DNA from: Chloroflexota bacterium | GTDB taxonomy: Bacteria > Chloroflexota > UBA6077 | DNA: 35,836 nt | NCBI GenBank assembly: GCA_027372455.1 | Contig: DAHXJB010000282.1 | Location: 1-35,836, forward strand | Direction of reading: 5' to 3' | Part shown: piece after piece, positions 16,842-27,009 of the stretch | How positions within the stretch are numbered: the stretch's first letter is position 1 | Layout: the number at the start of each line of letters is the position of its first letter | Translations under genes and position numbers: made by a program | Notes under the pieces: model-generated | The model's input: the letters and a program-made list of their open reading frames with translations, nothing else | The model's database searches: none | Told to the model about the DNA's origin: nothing

Positions 16842-17594
16842 TTGGCTGTTGGAAACACGATGGACCCGTTGCGCCGGAGGCGATGGCGCCTGCTGGTTGG
16901 GTGCACACTGATCGGTCTTCTCATCCTCTTCGTCGGCGTGCTGTTTCTCTGGTTTTCACTTCCATCCGTCTCGGATCTGTCGTCGCGCGTTCGCACAACT
17001 CTCGCCACCCACCGCGCGACCGAGGTCCAACTCCGAGACGTTCCGCCGCTTCTTCAGCAATCCGTGATCGCGACGGAGGATGAGCGGTTCTACGAGAACC
17101 ATGGGGTGGATCTGCTGGGACTGGCACGCGCGGTGTTGGACGACGTGCTCTCCCACCGGCTCGTCGAGGGCGGCAGCACCATCACCGAGCAACTGGCCAA
17201 GATGGTATACGTCGGTAACGACGACACGGTGGGTCGCAAGTTGGAGACGATGGCCCTCGCCCTGAAAATCGCCCAGCGTTACTCTAAGGGGGAGGTGCTG
17301 ACCCTTTACCTCAATCGGGTCTACCTGGGACATGGCGCGTACGGCGTAGGCAGCGCGGCAAAGACTTACTTTCACAAGGATGTCGGGCAGTTAACCCTCT
17401 CCGAGTGCGCGCTCATCGCCGGACTGCCCCAGGCGCCATCTGCCTACGACCCCCTCATCCATCCGCACCAGGCTGAGGTTCGGCAAGCCCAGGTACTGGA
17501 TCGCCTCGTGGATCAGAGAGTGATCTCCAGCACCGACGCGCGCAACGCCAAGGAATCCCTCCGCCGTTGGCTTTCTTCGTCCAGTGGAGTTTAG
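16842..17594 (+). CDS. Monofunctional peptidoglycan transglycosylase (GT51 domain only)
   Basis: TM helix, EDERFYENHGVD, GGSTITEQLAK, YLNRVYLG, AGLPQAPS; no transpeptidase domain. Start is 16842 or 16860. Confidence 0.9.
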   Translation: MAVGNTMDPLRRRRWRLLVGCTLIGLLILFVGVLFLWFSLPSVSDLSSRVRTTLATHRATEVQLRDVPPLLQQSVIATEDERFYENHGVDLLGLARAVLDDVLSHRLVEGGSTITEQLAKMVYVGNDDTVGRKLETMALALKIAQRYSKGEVLTLYLNRVYLGHGAYGVGSAAKTYFHKDVGQLTLSECALIAGLPQAPSAYDPLIHPHQAEVRQAQVLDRLVDQRVISSTDARNAKESLRRWLSSSSGV

Positions 17595-17647
17595 CCCCCG
17601 GCGGCCCCACCAGTCTGCCTCCCGCTGAAGCCATTAGTGGAGAACTC

Positions 17648-19110
17648 TCAGGAAAGGCGAGTTGGGAGCTGAGACGGCAGCTCCTTCATGGAGGCCGTCA
17701 GGGGCAGAAACACCGTGAAGGTCGACCCCTGGCCGGGCGTGGAAGCAACCTGAATCCGGCCGCCGTGAGCACGAACAATCCACTCACCGATCGCCAGACC
17801 AAGCCCCGTGCCCCCTTCTGCCCTGGAGCGAGCCTTGTCCACCCGGTAGAACCGCTTGAAGATGTGCGGCAGCTGCTCGGGCGCTATGCCGATGCCCGTG
17901 TCGGTGACGGTGAGGGTTGCCTCTCCGCCGTGCCTCCCGACGTTGACGGTGATCCGCCCGCCCTCTGGTGTGTATCTGAGCGCGTTGTCCACGAGATTGA
18001 ACAGCAGCTGCATCAGTCGTGTCTGGTCCCCGACGACGATCGCCGGCTCCAGGTGGCCGGTCCCCAACCGAAGGCCCCGGCTTTCGGCAAGTGGCGCAAG
18101 CTGTGCGACGACCTCACCAGCCAGCTCGTCCAACGACAGGGGCTCGCGCTCCATTATCTCGTTGCCGGAGTCGGCTCTGGCGAGGGTAAGTAGCTCCGAG
18201 ACCAGTTTCCCCATGCGGGTCGTTTCCGTGCCGACCAGCCGAAGCACTTCCTGATACTCCTCCACCGAACGGGACCGCTCCAAAGCAACGTCGATCTGAC
18301 TGGTGGCTACCGCCAGGGGGGTGCGCAACTCATGGGAAGCGTCCGCGGTGAACTGCCTCTGCCGTTGGAAGGCACGATCCAACCTCTCGAGCATCTCGTC
18401 GAAGGTCGCCGCCAGTCGTCCGATCTCGTCGTCGTTCGAGCTCATCTCCAACCGTTGCGAGAGGTCCTCAGCGCCGATCCGCCTGGCCGTCCTCGTGATG
18501 CGGTCTATGGGGGACAGGGCTCGTTGGGCCAAGAACATCCCCACTCCGGCCGCCAGAGCAAGGGTTGCCGGGATCGCGAGGCCTATCAGCAACAGCAGTT
18601 GCTCAAGAGCAGCCTCCAGATCGCTCTCCGAGCGACCCACCTCCAGCACCCCCGAGATGTGTCCGTTCTCCTTGATGGGCATCGCGAGCACTCGCCAGCC
18701 GCTGCGATTGTCCAGCCGGATGGTGACAAAACCGGCTTGCCCGTCAGCCGCCTTTTCCAGGATCGAAGCAGCGCCGGATGCAGGCCATGGCGGCATGCCC
18801 TGCACGAGCTGCTTGCCGGAGGGGTCGTACAGAGCGACGGTGACGCCGGCCGGGATCTGCTGCTCGTTCCCTCCCAGTTGAGGACGTCCGTTCACCAAGT
18901 CGACGTGCACTTGGAGCTGTCCCGCCGTGGCACTCAGGCTGGCATCCATCTCTCGGCTGAGGCTGCTGGACAGACTGAGATACAGAAAGGCGGAGAAGGC
19001 GATCAAGACCAGCGCCATCAGCGCCACGTACCACATGGTGAGCCGCACTCTGATGGTAATGTGGATCCGCCGGTGGAGATGGAGAGTGGTCGCCCTGCTC
19101 AGCCAATGGT

Positions 19111-19114
<4 letters not shown>
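17648..19114 (-). CDS. HAMP-domain sensor histidine kinase
   Basis: Two TM helices, HAMP domain, H-box FTADASHELRTP, N-box NLVDNA, DTGIG, GGTGLGL. Confidence 0.96.
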
Positions 19115-19785
<671 letters not shown>

Positions 19786-19947
19786 CGTTCCTCCCCGTGT
19801 TGTCCGGTCTCAGTGAGGCGCTGTCAGCCATTCCTAGTATATCAAACCATCGGGGGCGGGGAGCTTAGCCCCCTTTCTGGCTTGAGAATGGGCCGCCGTT
19901 TTCATCCGCGATGGTGGCGGCGGGCCGCTTGGGGGCTCACATGAGCC

Positions 19948-19985
19948 GAGGGGGCGGCCCGCCCAGGGCCGCGGGCCGCCCCCTC
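19948..19985. terminator. Strong GC hairpin (15-bp perfect stem) just after the 35-aa ORF
   Basis: GAGGGGGCGGCCCGC-N8-GCGGGCCGCCCCCTC; no U-tract on the minus strand. Confidence 0.55.
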
Positions 19986-19997
19986 TTACTCGACTAA

Positions 19998-20105
19998 TTA
20001 GTAGTTGCCCTGAAACTCGCCGTCCTGCTGCACATCCGCGCCGGTGTCCGGCTCGTTGGACACAGCCTCGGCGCCTGCCGTCTCGAGACCAATCGCCTCG
20101 TTCAT
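19998..20105 (-). CDS. Small acidic protein, 35 aa (MNEAIGLETAGAEAVSNEPDTGADVQQDGEFQGNY)
   Basis: Below the ORF-track cut-off. Strong RBS AAAGGAGG, candidate promoter upstream, hairpin downstream. May be a gene remnant. Confidence 0.55.
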   Translation of the reverse strand: MNEAIGLETAGAEAVSNEPDTGADVQQDGEFQGNY

Positions 20106-20181
20106 CGATCCTTCCTCCTTTCCTGCTTCGGTTCGACTTGGTCTGATCTCGAGATCCGGGCTATCCCGAACCTCTGGCGGT

Positions 20182-20236
20182 AGTATCCATCGCCTAGATG
20201 AAGGGGAGGTTAAGCGGACCTAAAGCCTTTCTCATC
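20182..20236 (-). promoter_or_regulatory. Candidate OmpR-family-controlled promoter
   Basis: -10 GATACT on the minus strand; boxes read on + as TGAAG/TTAAG/TAAAG/TCATC at 20199, 20210, 20221 and 20232 (11-bp period). Confidence 0.5.
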
Positions 20237-20404
20237 TGTCTCTGGCCGCACCCGCGAGCGCAGGGTCCGGCTTGCTCGGCGCAAGCCCGGCGCGGTGAAG
20301 GCTGGCGCGGTGGGTCGTCCAGGAGAGCCGGGCGCGACGACTCAGCTTCAACCCGCCCCTCGGGGTCGACTGGTCACGTCTATACCCTCGCCAGATTAGA
20401 GAAG

Positions 20405-20583
20405 GTTTACGATCGCTTAATCCGCTGGCGGTTCTTCTGGTCGTGGTGGCAGTATTCATCGGCTACCACATGGTGCTCGCGAGGGGGGGCGGTCGCGCCG
20501 CCGCCACGCTACCATGCCGCCGTCGTGAAGACGGGCACCATCACCGTTAAGGTGAATGCAAACGGCGCTGTCGCGTTGCCCGT
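20405..20583 (+). pseudogene. 5' remnant of an efflux periplasmic adaptor (MacA/HlyD-like)
   Basis: TM-like LAVLLVVVAVFIGYHMVL in one frame; after a G7 run (20483-20489), RYHAAVVKTGTITVKVNANGAV in another frame; ends at the IS1380 remnant. Confidence 0.55.
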
Positions 20584-20857
20584 ATGGAACCGATCCAGAA
20601 AGGAGCGGGCGGTGGAGGGGGCGGGGAAAGAGTATCCCATCATAGCTTCCAGGCCCGCGTCACCACGAAGAGTCTGGAAATCCTCGGGGCACTCCCCTCC
20701 CAGGGCAGAGAGGGTCACGAAGCCCTCCACCATCTGGGCCTGCCCCGGCCCCCTCGGGTTCCTCTTGGACGGGAAGACCCGACCCACCTTCTCGATCACC
20801 CCGCCGCGTCTCTCCCTCCGCGGCATCCCCCAACCCCACCGCGCTTCACCCACGAGG
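20584..20857 (-). pseudogene. IS1380-family transposase N-terminal fragment
   Basis: MVEGFVTLSALGGECPEDFQTLRGDAGLEAMMGYSFPAPSTARSFLDRFH resembles IS1380 N-termini; no catalytic domain or IRs seen. Confidence 0.7.
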
Positions 20858-20886
20858 TGAATACTGGTATGGGGTACACCATACAG

Positions 20887-22077
20887 TTAGCGGAAACTAG
20901 AGGTGGTATACACGTAGAAAAAATCCTTTTGATAACCATGCAAATACTCGTGCCCCCCACTCGCCATTTTCCGCAAGAGAGGTCCATATGTGTATCTTCC
21001 CTTTGATTGGAGATGAAAGAGTGTGAATCTCACCCAATAAGGGTTAATATCAAGCTGCATGGCATTTACCACTCCCGCTCCATGTAATGCTTTTGCGAGT
21101 GTTTGAGGGACAAGGGAAGGACCTACCGCATAAATAAGGTTACCATTTCTTGTGATACCAATGCCTGAACGCCAGGTGTACATGGAGTTTGTAACCGTTA
21201 ATCCCCATGTATCCATGCGTCTTTCTGTATAGGCAGTTATCGTTCCATTCTTAATAAGCATTGGTCCGTTCTGCCTTGTTGCAACGGCATTTGAAAGGTC
21301 TTGCCCTGTATAATTAATAATGCCTACTGACCCGCTCTTGCTAATAACAAGTGTCGCAAGATTCCTTTTGAGCGGTACATAGATTTTCTTTCCTATGGTC
21401 ATGCCATACGCGCCGTCCTTATACTGAAACCCTCCATTAAATGCTGCGATGAGTTGGTTTTGTGCGGTAATTGTCCATGGTATTACTCCTGGCCCCGGGT
21501 TGCCAATTGGTCCTCCCGGTTGCCAACCCCCTGCTACTGCCGCAACACCAAGCTTGCTCATTGCCATTTTGACCAGTACGACATACGCATAGTTTCTTTG
21601 CGGGTCAGGACTAACGATGGTCCTTGCCATAAGCACTCGGTTTTGGAATCTGTTAAAAGGAATAGGTTGCCATACTCCTTCATTTGGAAATGGATGCAAA
21701 GAACTAAGCGCAGGTATGGGTAAGAGTCTTATTAATTGCGGAGCAGGCGTAAGGCTAGGAACCTTATTGGCTGGCTTGGTGACCCCACTCGAAAAAACAT
21801 TCTTGGCAGGAGGGGCAAAATGAGAAATTGCCTGCTTCGTTTTATCTGAAACGCCGAAAAAAAGAGACTCCAAGAAAACTGTATTACGGGAACCAATCAT
21901 GGGACGCAGAACATTATCTGCTGCATTGGCAAAAAGGGGTAACGAAACCGTGAGAATGTGTATGACAAGAAACAGGAGTATTGTTCCGGTAATGATAAGG
22001 GTGATTCTTGCCTTTTTGCGATCTGGCCTTTGTTTCCTTCTTGGATAATAATATCTACGCATAGACGCCTCGCTCAT
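20887..22077 (-). CDS. Phosphodiester glycosidase family protein (NAGPA/DUF2233-like), low GC
   Basis: N-terminal TM helix; AAFNGGF, QNGPMLIKNG, TWRSGIG, AMQLDIN. Two sampled 60-nt lines gave 42% and 45% GC. Confidence 0.8.
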   Translation of the reverse strand: MSEASMRRYYYPRRKQRPDRKKARITLIITGTILLFLVIHILTVSLPLFANAADNVLRPMIGSRNTVFLESLFFGVSDKTKQAISHFAPPAKNVFSSGVTKPANKVPSLTPAPQLIRLLPIPALSSLHPFPNEGVWQPIPFNRFQNRVLMARTIVSPDPQRNYAYVVLVKMAMSKLGVAAVAGGWQPGGPIGNPGPGVIPWTITAQNQLIAAFNGGFQYKDGAYGMTIGKKIYVPLKRNLATLVISKSGSVGIINYTGQDLSNAVATRQNGPMLIKNGTITAYTERRMDTWGLTVTNSMYTWRSGIGITRNGNLIYAVGPSLVPQTLAKALHGAGVVNAMQLDINPYWVRFTLFHLQSKGRYTYGPLLRKMASGGHEYLHGYQKDFFYVYTTSSFR

Positions 22078-22118
22078 CGATCTTTCCTCCTTTATTGAGC
22101 GCCAAGATGAAGCAGCCG

Positions 22119-23948
22119 TTAAACTGGTTCGGGGCTTTTCTCATTCTTCCCAGGACCGTCCGCGGTTAACACCACCGGCTCGAATGCGGTTGGAGCTTGC
22201 CCCAGGAAGAACTGATAGTAGAGGCCGCGCGACATCATCAGTTCCTCGTGGGTGCCCATCTCCGCCACGCGCCCACTGGAAATCAGGGCTATCCGGTCGG
22301 CGCCGCGTGCCGTGGAGAGCCGGTGGGTGACCAGTAGAGTCGTGCAAGCCGGCTTCCTGTCGCGCAATGCCGCTAGCACGGTCGACTCCGCGGCCGGGTC
22401 GAGAGCCGAGGTGGCTTCGTCCAGCACGAGGATGGGCGCGTCCGCGAGGAATGCCCGCGCCATGGCCAGGCGCTGCCGCTGACCGCCGGAAAGGCGCGCC
22501 CCTCGTGGGCCCACCGGCGTCTCGTAGCCCTGGCCCATCTCGCGGATGAAGCCATCAGCCCCCGCCGCCGCCGCGGCGGCCTCGACCTCGGCGTCGGTGG
22601 CATCGAGGCGGCCGTAGCGGATGTTCTCGCGCACGGTGGTCTGGAACAGCATCGGCTCCTGGAGTACGGCGGCGATCCGTCGCCGGATGGAAGGCGGATC
22701 GAAATCGCGGAAATCGTGGCCATCAATGCTGATCGCACCCGCGTCGGGGTCGTAGTAGGCCAGCAGCAGGCTGACAGCCGTCGTCTTGCCAGCACCGCTG
22801 GCACCGATGAGCGCCAGGGTTTCGCCCTGTCGAAGCGTGAGGCTGAAGTCGCGCAGCACTGGCCGGTCGGCCGAGTAGCCGAAACGAACGCCTCGAAACT
22901 CGACCAACCCGCGAACGGCCGGAAGGGGCGCAGCGGCCCGCCGCTCTCGCACCGACGGTTCGGCATCCAGCAGCTCGGCCACCCGCTGAGCTCCGGCCAG
23001 TGCCCGTTGAACGGTCCCGCTAAGAAGGCTGAGCCCCTGGATCGGCGCATACAAAGAGCCGAGGTAACCGAGGAATACGACGAGCCCCCCGAGACTGAGG
23101 CGACCAGACAGCACGCTCTCGGTACCTAGCCAGACAACCAGAACCGTGCCGAGGGTGGCCAGTATCTCGATGAGCGGCGTGAACAGTGTCCGGGTCCGAA
23201 TCGAACGTAGTCGCGCCCCCAGGCTTTCGGTCGCCGCACGCCGGAAGCGATCCCGCTCGAAGGGCTCCCGGGCGAAAGCCTTCACCAGTGCGATTGCCGA
23301 CAGCCCCTCCTCCGCCACCGAGGTGAGCGCTCCCCCCTTCTCCCGAATGGTCTGCTGGATGGATCGCGTGCGGCGGGCGTAGCTCACGGTGGCCAGGGCC
23401 AGCAGGGGGATCACCGCCAGTGCCACGAGGGCAAGTGAGGGATCGAGGTACCAGAGCATCGCCAGGAAGAAGATGATGGTCAGGACGTGGGCTACCCCAT
23501 CGGTGATCCCGGAGACCAGCAGATCCTCGATCGCTCCGATATCACCCGTCAGGCGACTGAGCAGATCGCCCAGTCGCTGGCCGTGGTAGAAGCGCAACGA
23601 GAGCCCGTGGAGGTGATCGTACAGAGTGCCACGCAGATCGCGCACTACGTTGGCACCTACCCAGCCGCCCAGGTAGTCGTCGCCGAAGGCCACAAGGCCC
23701 TTGGCCAGGGCAATACCGAGATAGGCGGCGCACACTAGAGGCAGCAGCGATAGCGTGTGCCCGCGGATTACGTTGTCGATCAGGACTTTCAGCAACCAGA
23801 CCTTCGCGACGTTCAGGGGTGGGCGGGCGAGAGTGGCGGCTAGAACCACGAGCACACGGCCCCGGTAAGGGCGGAGCAGGGGGAGGAAACGCCGATATAG
23901 AGCCGTCACCGGGGTTGATCCACCCGGCTGCCAACTGGTTCCCGCCAT
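22119..23948 (-). CDS. ABC exporter, fused permease/ATP-binding (MsbA/Sav1866-like)
   Basis: Multi-TM domain, GDLLSRL, GASGAGKT, LSGGQRQR, VLDEATSALD, VTHRLS. ATG 23948 has GAGGAG upstream. Confidence 0.95.
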   Translation of the reverse strand: MAGTSWQPGGSTPVTALYRRFLPLLRPYRGRVLVVLAATLARPPLNVAKVWLLKVLIDNVIRGHTLSLLPLVCAAYLGIALAKGLVAFGDDYLGGWVGANVVRDLRGTLYDHLHGLSLRFYHGQRLGDLLSRLTGDIGAIEDLLVSGITDGVAHVLTIIFFLAMLWYLDPSLALVALAVIPLLALATVSYARRTRSIQQTIREKGGALTSVAEEGLSAIALVKAFAREPFERDRFRRAATESLGARLRSIRTRTLFTPLIEILATLGTVLVVWLGTESVLSGRLSLGGLVVFLGYLGSLYAPIQGLSLLSGTVQRALAGAQRVAELLDAEPSVRERRAAAPLPAVRGLVEFRGVRFGYSADRPVLRDFSLTLRQGETLALIGASGAGKTTAVSLLLAYYDPDAGAISIDGHDFRDFDPPSIRRRIAAVLQEPMLFQTTVRENIRYGRLDATDAEVEAAAAAAGADGFIREMGQGYETPVGPRGARLSGGQRQRLAMARAFLADAPILVLDEATSALDPAAESTVLAALRDRKPACTTLLVTHRLSTARGADRIALISSGRVAEMGTHEELMMSRGLYYQFFLGQAPTAFEPVVLTADGPGKNEKSPEPV

Positions 23949-23978
23949 CGCTGGTGCTCCTCTCAACGCTCAAGATGA

Positions 23979-24005
23979 GGGGCGAGGAGAAGAACTCCTC
24001 GCCCC
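23979..24005. terminator. Intergenic hairpin between the PepSY and ABC genes
   Basis: GGGGCGAGGAG-AAGAA-CTCCTCGCCCC, 11-bp perfect stem. Confidence 0.5.
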
Positions 24006-24035
24006 CTGCTTTGCATGGACCGGTTGCCAGAAAGA

Positions 24036-24554
24036 CTAGCGCTCTGCCCCGGCCTTCTCAGGAGCACTGTGGCCCTCTACGCCCTCGTGACCTTCGGGTC
24101 CGTCTGCCTCCGTGGCCAGCACCTTGCCGTTGCCCGCGTCCACCTTCACATCCTGGGCCTTGCCGCTCTTATCCGTGAGCTGGATGCTGTAAACCACCGA
24201 GCCGTTCTCGTTCTCCAGATCTACCTTCTTCACGGTGGCCCCGGGGAACTGCCCGAGGGCAGCCTGCTTGGCCTGGTCGGCCGTTATCTTGGCCGAGCCC
24301 GCCAGTACCTTGGCCTCATCCTGCTCGCTCTGACCCTTCTGATCCGCGGGTGCCTTGATGGAGCCGGTGTAAGTGGGTTGCTGCTGGTTCGTGTCCTTAC
24401 CCTGTTGTGCGGCGGCTGGAGCCGCGGATTGGGCTGGGGGCGTGGACGGGGTTGGTGTCTGCGCACCAGCAATCCCCAGGGTCACGCTTCCCAGCAGATA
24501 GGCTGCTGCCAGCGCCCCCGCGACTCCACTTCCGACCAGTACTCGCTTGACCAT
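24036..24554 (-). CDS. Secreted PepSY domain protein
   Basis: Signal peptide; AKITADQAKQAAL..PGATVKKVDLENENGSVVYSI...DVKVDAGNGKVL. ATG 24554 has GGAGG upstream. Confidence 0.9.
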   Translation of the reverse strand: MVKRVLVGSGVAGALAAAYLLGSVTLGIAGAQTPTPSTPPAQSAAPAAAQQGKDTNQQQPTYTGSIKAPADQKGQSEQDEAKVLAGSAKITADQAKQAALGQFPGATVKKVDLENENGSVVYSIQLTDKSGKAQDVKVDAGNGKVLATEADGPEGHEGVEGHSAPEKAGAER

Positions 24555-24703
24555 CAGTTCATCCTCCAATGCGTGGTTGATACTGTCCCCGGCCGGCCCA
24601 TGGTTGCGCACCGGCCCGCTCTGGGGATATTGGAACGGGAACAGAAGCTCATCCCTCTTCCAAGTCTCGAAGCCGATAGGGTTCCGTCCCCTTCACGCAA
24701 CGG

Positions 24704-24758
24704 AGATTACCGCTGGCCAATTAAGCCACGATTAAACATACACGAGGAATTTCTCATA
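24704..24758 (-). promoter_or_regulatory. Candidate OmpR-family-controlled promoter of the PepSY-ABC operon
   Basis: -10 TAATCT on the minus strand; boxes read on + as TTAAG/TTAAA/CGAGG/TCATA at 24721, 24732, 24743 and 24754. Confidence 0.55.
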
Positions 24759-24856
24759 CATGGAAACCACCAAGTGGAACGGGCGACAGCGAGAGCGAGG
24801 ACGATCCCGAGTGCCGCCCGCCGCCGGTCAAACCGGATCTAAGGAACGGCCGCGGA

Positions 24857-26902
24857 TTATTCGGCCAGTTGATAGGGGAAGCTGGTGACAGCTACCCTGG
24901 ACCGGAAAAGGAGCGCGCCCTTCAATCGCAGCGCCGTCTGGTTGTGCAGTATCTGCTCCCACCAGTGCCTCGGAACAAACTCCGGCAGCACCACCATCAG
25001 GGTTTCCTGCGGATCGAGGTCCCGCACCGCGTCGACGTAGGCCAGCAGCGGCGGGAGCAGCAGCCGGTAGGGAGATTCGATGATCACCAGCGGGATGTCA
25101 CCCACCACGTCATGCCACTGCGACCTGAGATTCTCAGCCTCACCCACTTCCGACGTCACGTGGATGGCCACGATCCTAGGGCTCAGATCCTGGGCGAAGG
25201 CCAGCGCCTGGCGGGCCACAAGACTCAGGCTGGAGATGGGCACCAGCACCAGCGGAGGGGCGCCTTTCGGCTTCACCGGCGCCTGGGTGCGTAGCTGTTT
25301 GGCGATCCTGAGGTAGTGCCCGTGGACCATCAGAAACAAGACGATGAGCACTGGGGCTATCAGGATCACGATCCAGGCCCCCTCGGCGAACTTTGTCACC
25401 GCGATGACCAGGGCAACGATTGCTGTTACTACCGCGCCGACGCCGTTGATTATGGCCTTGTTACGTCGGTTCGGCTCGTCACCCCGCAGCCAGTGCAGCA
25501 CCATCCCCGACTGGCTCAGGGTGAATCCGGTGAAAACCCCAATAGCATATAGCGGGAGCAACCTCTCAACATTGCTTCCGAAGAGGATCAGCAGCAGGCA
25601 GGAGAGAATAGTCAGCGCGAAGATGCCGATGGTGAACGCAAGGCGATCGCCGCGCAGGCCGAACCAGCGCGGCACGTACCTGTCCCGAGCCATCACGTAG
25701 AGAAGGCGAGGGAAACTGGCATAACTGGTGTTGGCTGCGAGCACCAGGATCAGGGTTGTGGAGAACTGCACCAGGTAATAGTAGGGACCCTGGCCCGTGA
25801 TCAGCCTCGTCAACTGGCTCAGGACAGTCTCGTTCTCAGAAGGATCGGGGATGATCCCGATGTGGCTCGCGAGGAAGGAGATGCCCACGAACATCACGGC
25901 CAGTAGCCCTGCCATCAGTCCGAGGGTGATTCGCGCGTTCCTGATCTCCGGAGCCTTGAACACAGGGACGACGTTGGAGATGGCCTCGGTGCCGGTCATG
26001 GCCGTACAGCCCTTGGCAAACGCCGACAGTACCAGGAACCAGGTGAGCGTCTCGGTTCCAGCGCTCGGACCGGCGGGCCCAGGCACGTACGGGATTCCTC
26101 CTACGACCAGACGAAACAGACCCCAGCCGATCAAACCTAGAATGGAGAAAACGAAGATGTAGGTGGGGAAGGCAAAGACAGTACCCGACTCCCGCACACC
26201 CCGGAGATTCAGCAGGGTGATCAGCACCACGGCGCCAACTGCCAGCCCCACATCGTAGTGCTCCAAAGATGGAAAGGCGGAAACCAGGGCGGCAACCCCG
26301 GCCGCCACGGACACGGCGACGGTTAGCACGTAGTCCACCAGAAGGGAAGCAGCAGCGATGAGTCCGGGCAGTTGGCCGAGATTCTCGTGGGCCACTATGT
26401 AGGACCCACCGCCCGACGGATAGCCCTGGATCGTCTGCTGGTAGCTGGTCGCCACGATGATCAGCAGCAGCGCGATCACCAGGGAGATCGGCATGGTCAG
26501 CGAGAGGGCCGCAACACCCGCGAGAATCAAGGTGCGCATGGCCGCTTCGGTGCCATACGCCACCGAGGAGAGGGCATCGGAGGAGAGGACGGCGAGCGCC
26601 CTCAGCTTGTTCAGCCGCTCCAGCCCCTCGTCGGCGGAAGCGATTGGCTGGCCCACCAGCAGATGCTTGGTTTGCCACCACAGCCTGCCCACCCCCCCTT
26701 GGGGCTCCGTCGCTTCAGGCCGAGGAAGGAGTATCCCGGGCCCAACCCCGTGAAAGCTCTTATGTCGTGCGATTCGAACCACCCGATCGCCAGGCTTCGC
26801 GCCGACCACCTCCTCCCGCCAGACGAGGTCTGGGTGGAATCCGGTGGGTGGCTTGGGAGAATGATCGGATGGCATGGGCCGCGAGCGCTCGTCACTGGTC
26901 AC
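24857..26902 (-). CDS. kimA: APC-superfamily KimA/YdaO-like K+ transporter
   Basis: SSDALSSVAYGTE, YPSGGGSY, DYVLTVAVS, NLRGVRESG, TGTEAISN, LYAIGVF; C-terminal SPYR and LHNQTA. GTG 26902 has GGAGG upstream. Confidence 0.9.
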   Translation of the reverse strand: MTSDERSRPMPSDHSPKPPTGFHPDLVWREEVVGAKPGDRVVRIARHKSFHGVGPGILLPRPEATEPQGGVGRLWWQTKHLLVGQPIASADEGLERLNKLRALAVLSSDALSSVAYGTEAAMRTLILAGVAALSLTMPISLVIALLLIIVATSYQQTIQGYPSGGGSYIVAHENLGQLPGLIAAASLLVDYVLTVAVSVAAGVAALVSAFPSLEHYDVGLAVGAVVLITLLNLRGVRESGTVFAFPTYIFVFSILGLIGWGLFRLVVGGIPYVPGPAGPSAGTETLTWFLVLSAFAKGCTAMTGTEAISNVVPVFKAPEIRNARITLGLMAGLLAVMFVGISFLASHIGIIPDPSENETVLSQLTRLITGQGPYYYLVQFSTTLILVLAANTSYASFPRLLYVMARDRYVPRWFGLRGDRLAFTIGIFALTILSCLLLILFGSNVERLLPLYAIGVFTGFTLSQSGMVLHWLRGDEPNRRNKAIINGVGAVVTAIVALVIAVTKFAEGAWIVILIAPVLIVLFLMVHGHYLRIAKQLRTQAPVKPKGAPPLVLVPISSLSLVARQALAFAQDLSPRIVAIHVTSEVGEAENLRSQWHDVVGDIPLVIIESPYRLLLPPLLAYVDAVRDLDPQETLMVVLPEFVPRHWWEQILHNQTALRLKGALLFRSRVAVTSFPYQLAE

Positions 26903-27009
26903 GAAGGATCCTCCAGAAAGACACACAGGTCACTTTGCACAAGCTTGTATTATACCTAAAGGCATCAGTTGATGTTTGCCGCCTGCCGCGGGCCGCGACA
27001 TAGAAACCT

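Noticed and set aside
20198..20860. 220-aa ORF on the + strand
   Set aside because: It is a chimera of regulatory DNA, the adaptor remnant and the antisense of the IS1380 fragment.
26903..27000. c-di-AMP (ydaO) riboswitch ahead of kimA
   Set aside because: The -10 is only about 50 nt from the start codon and no ydaO consensus segments are visible.
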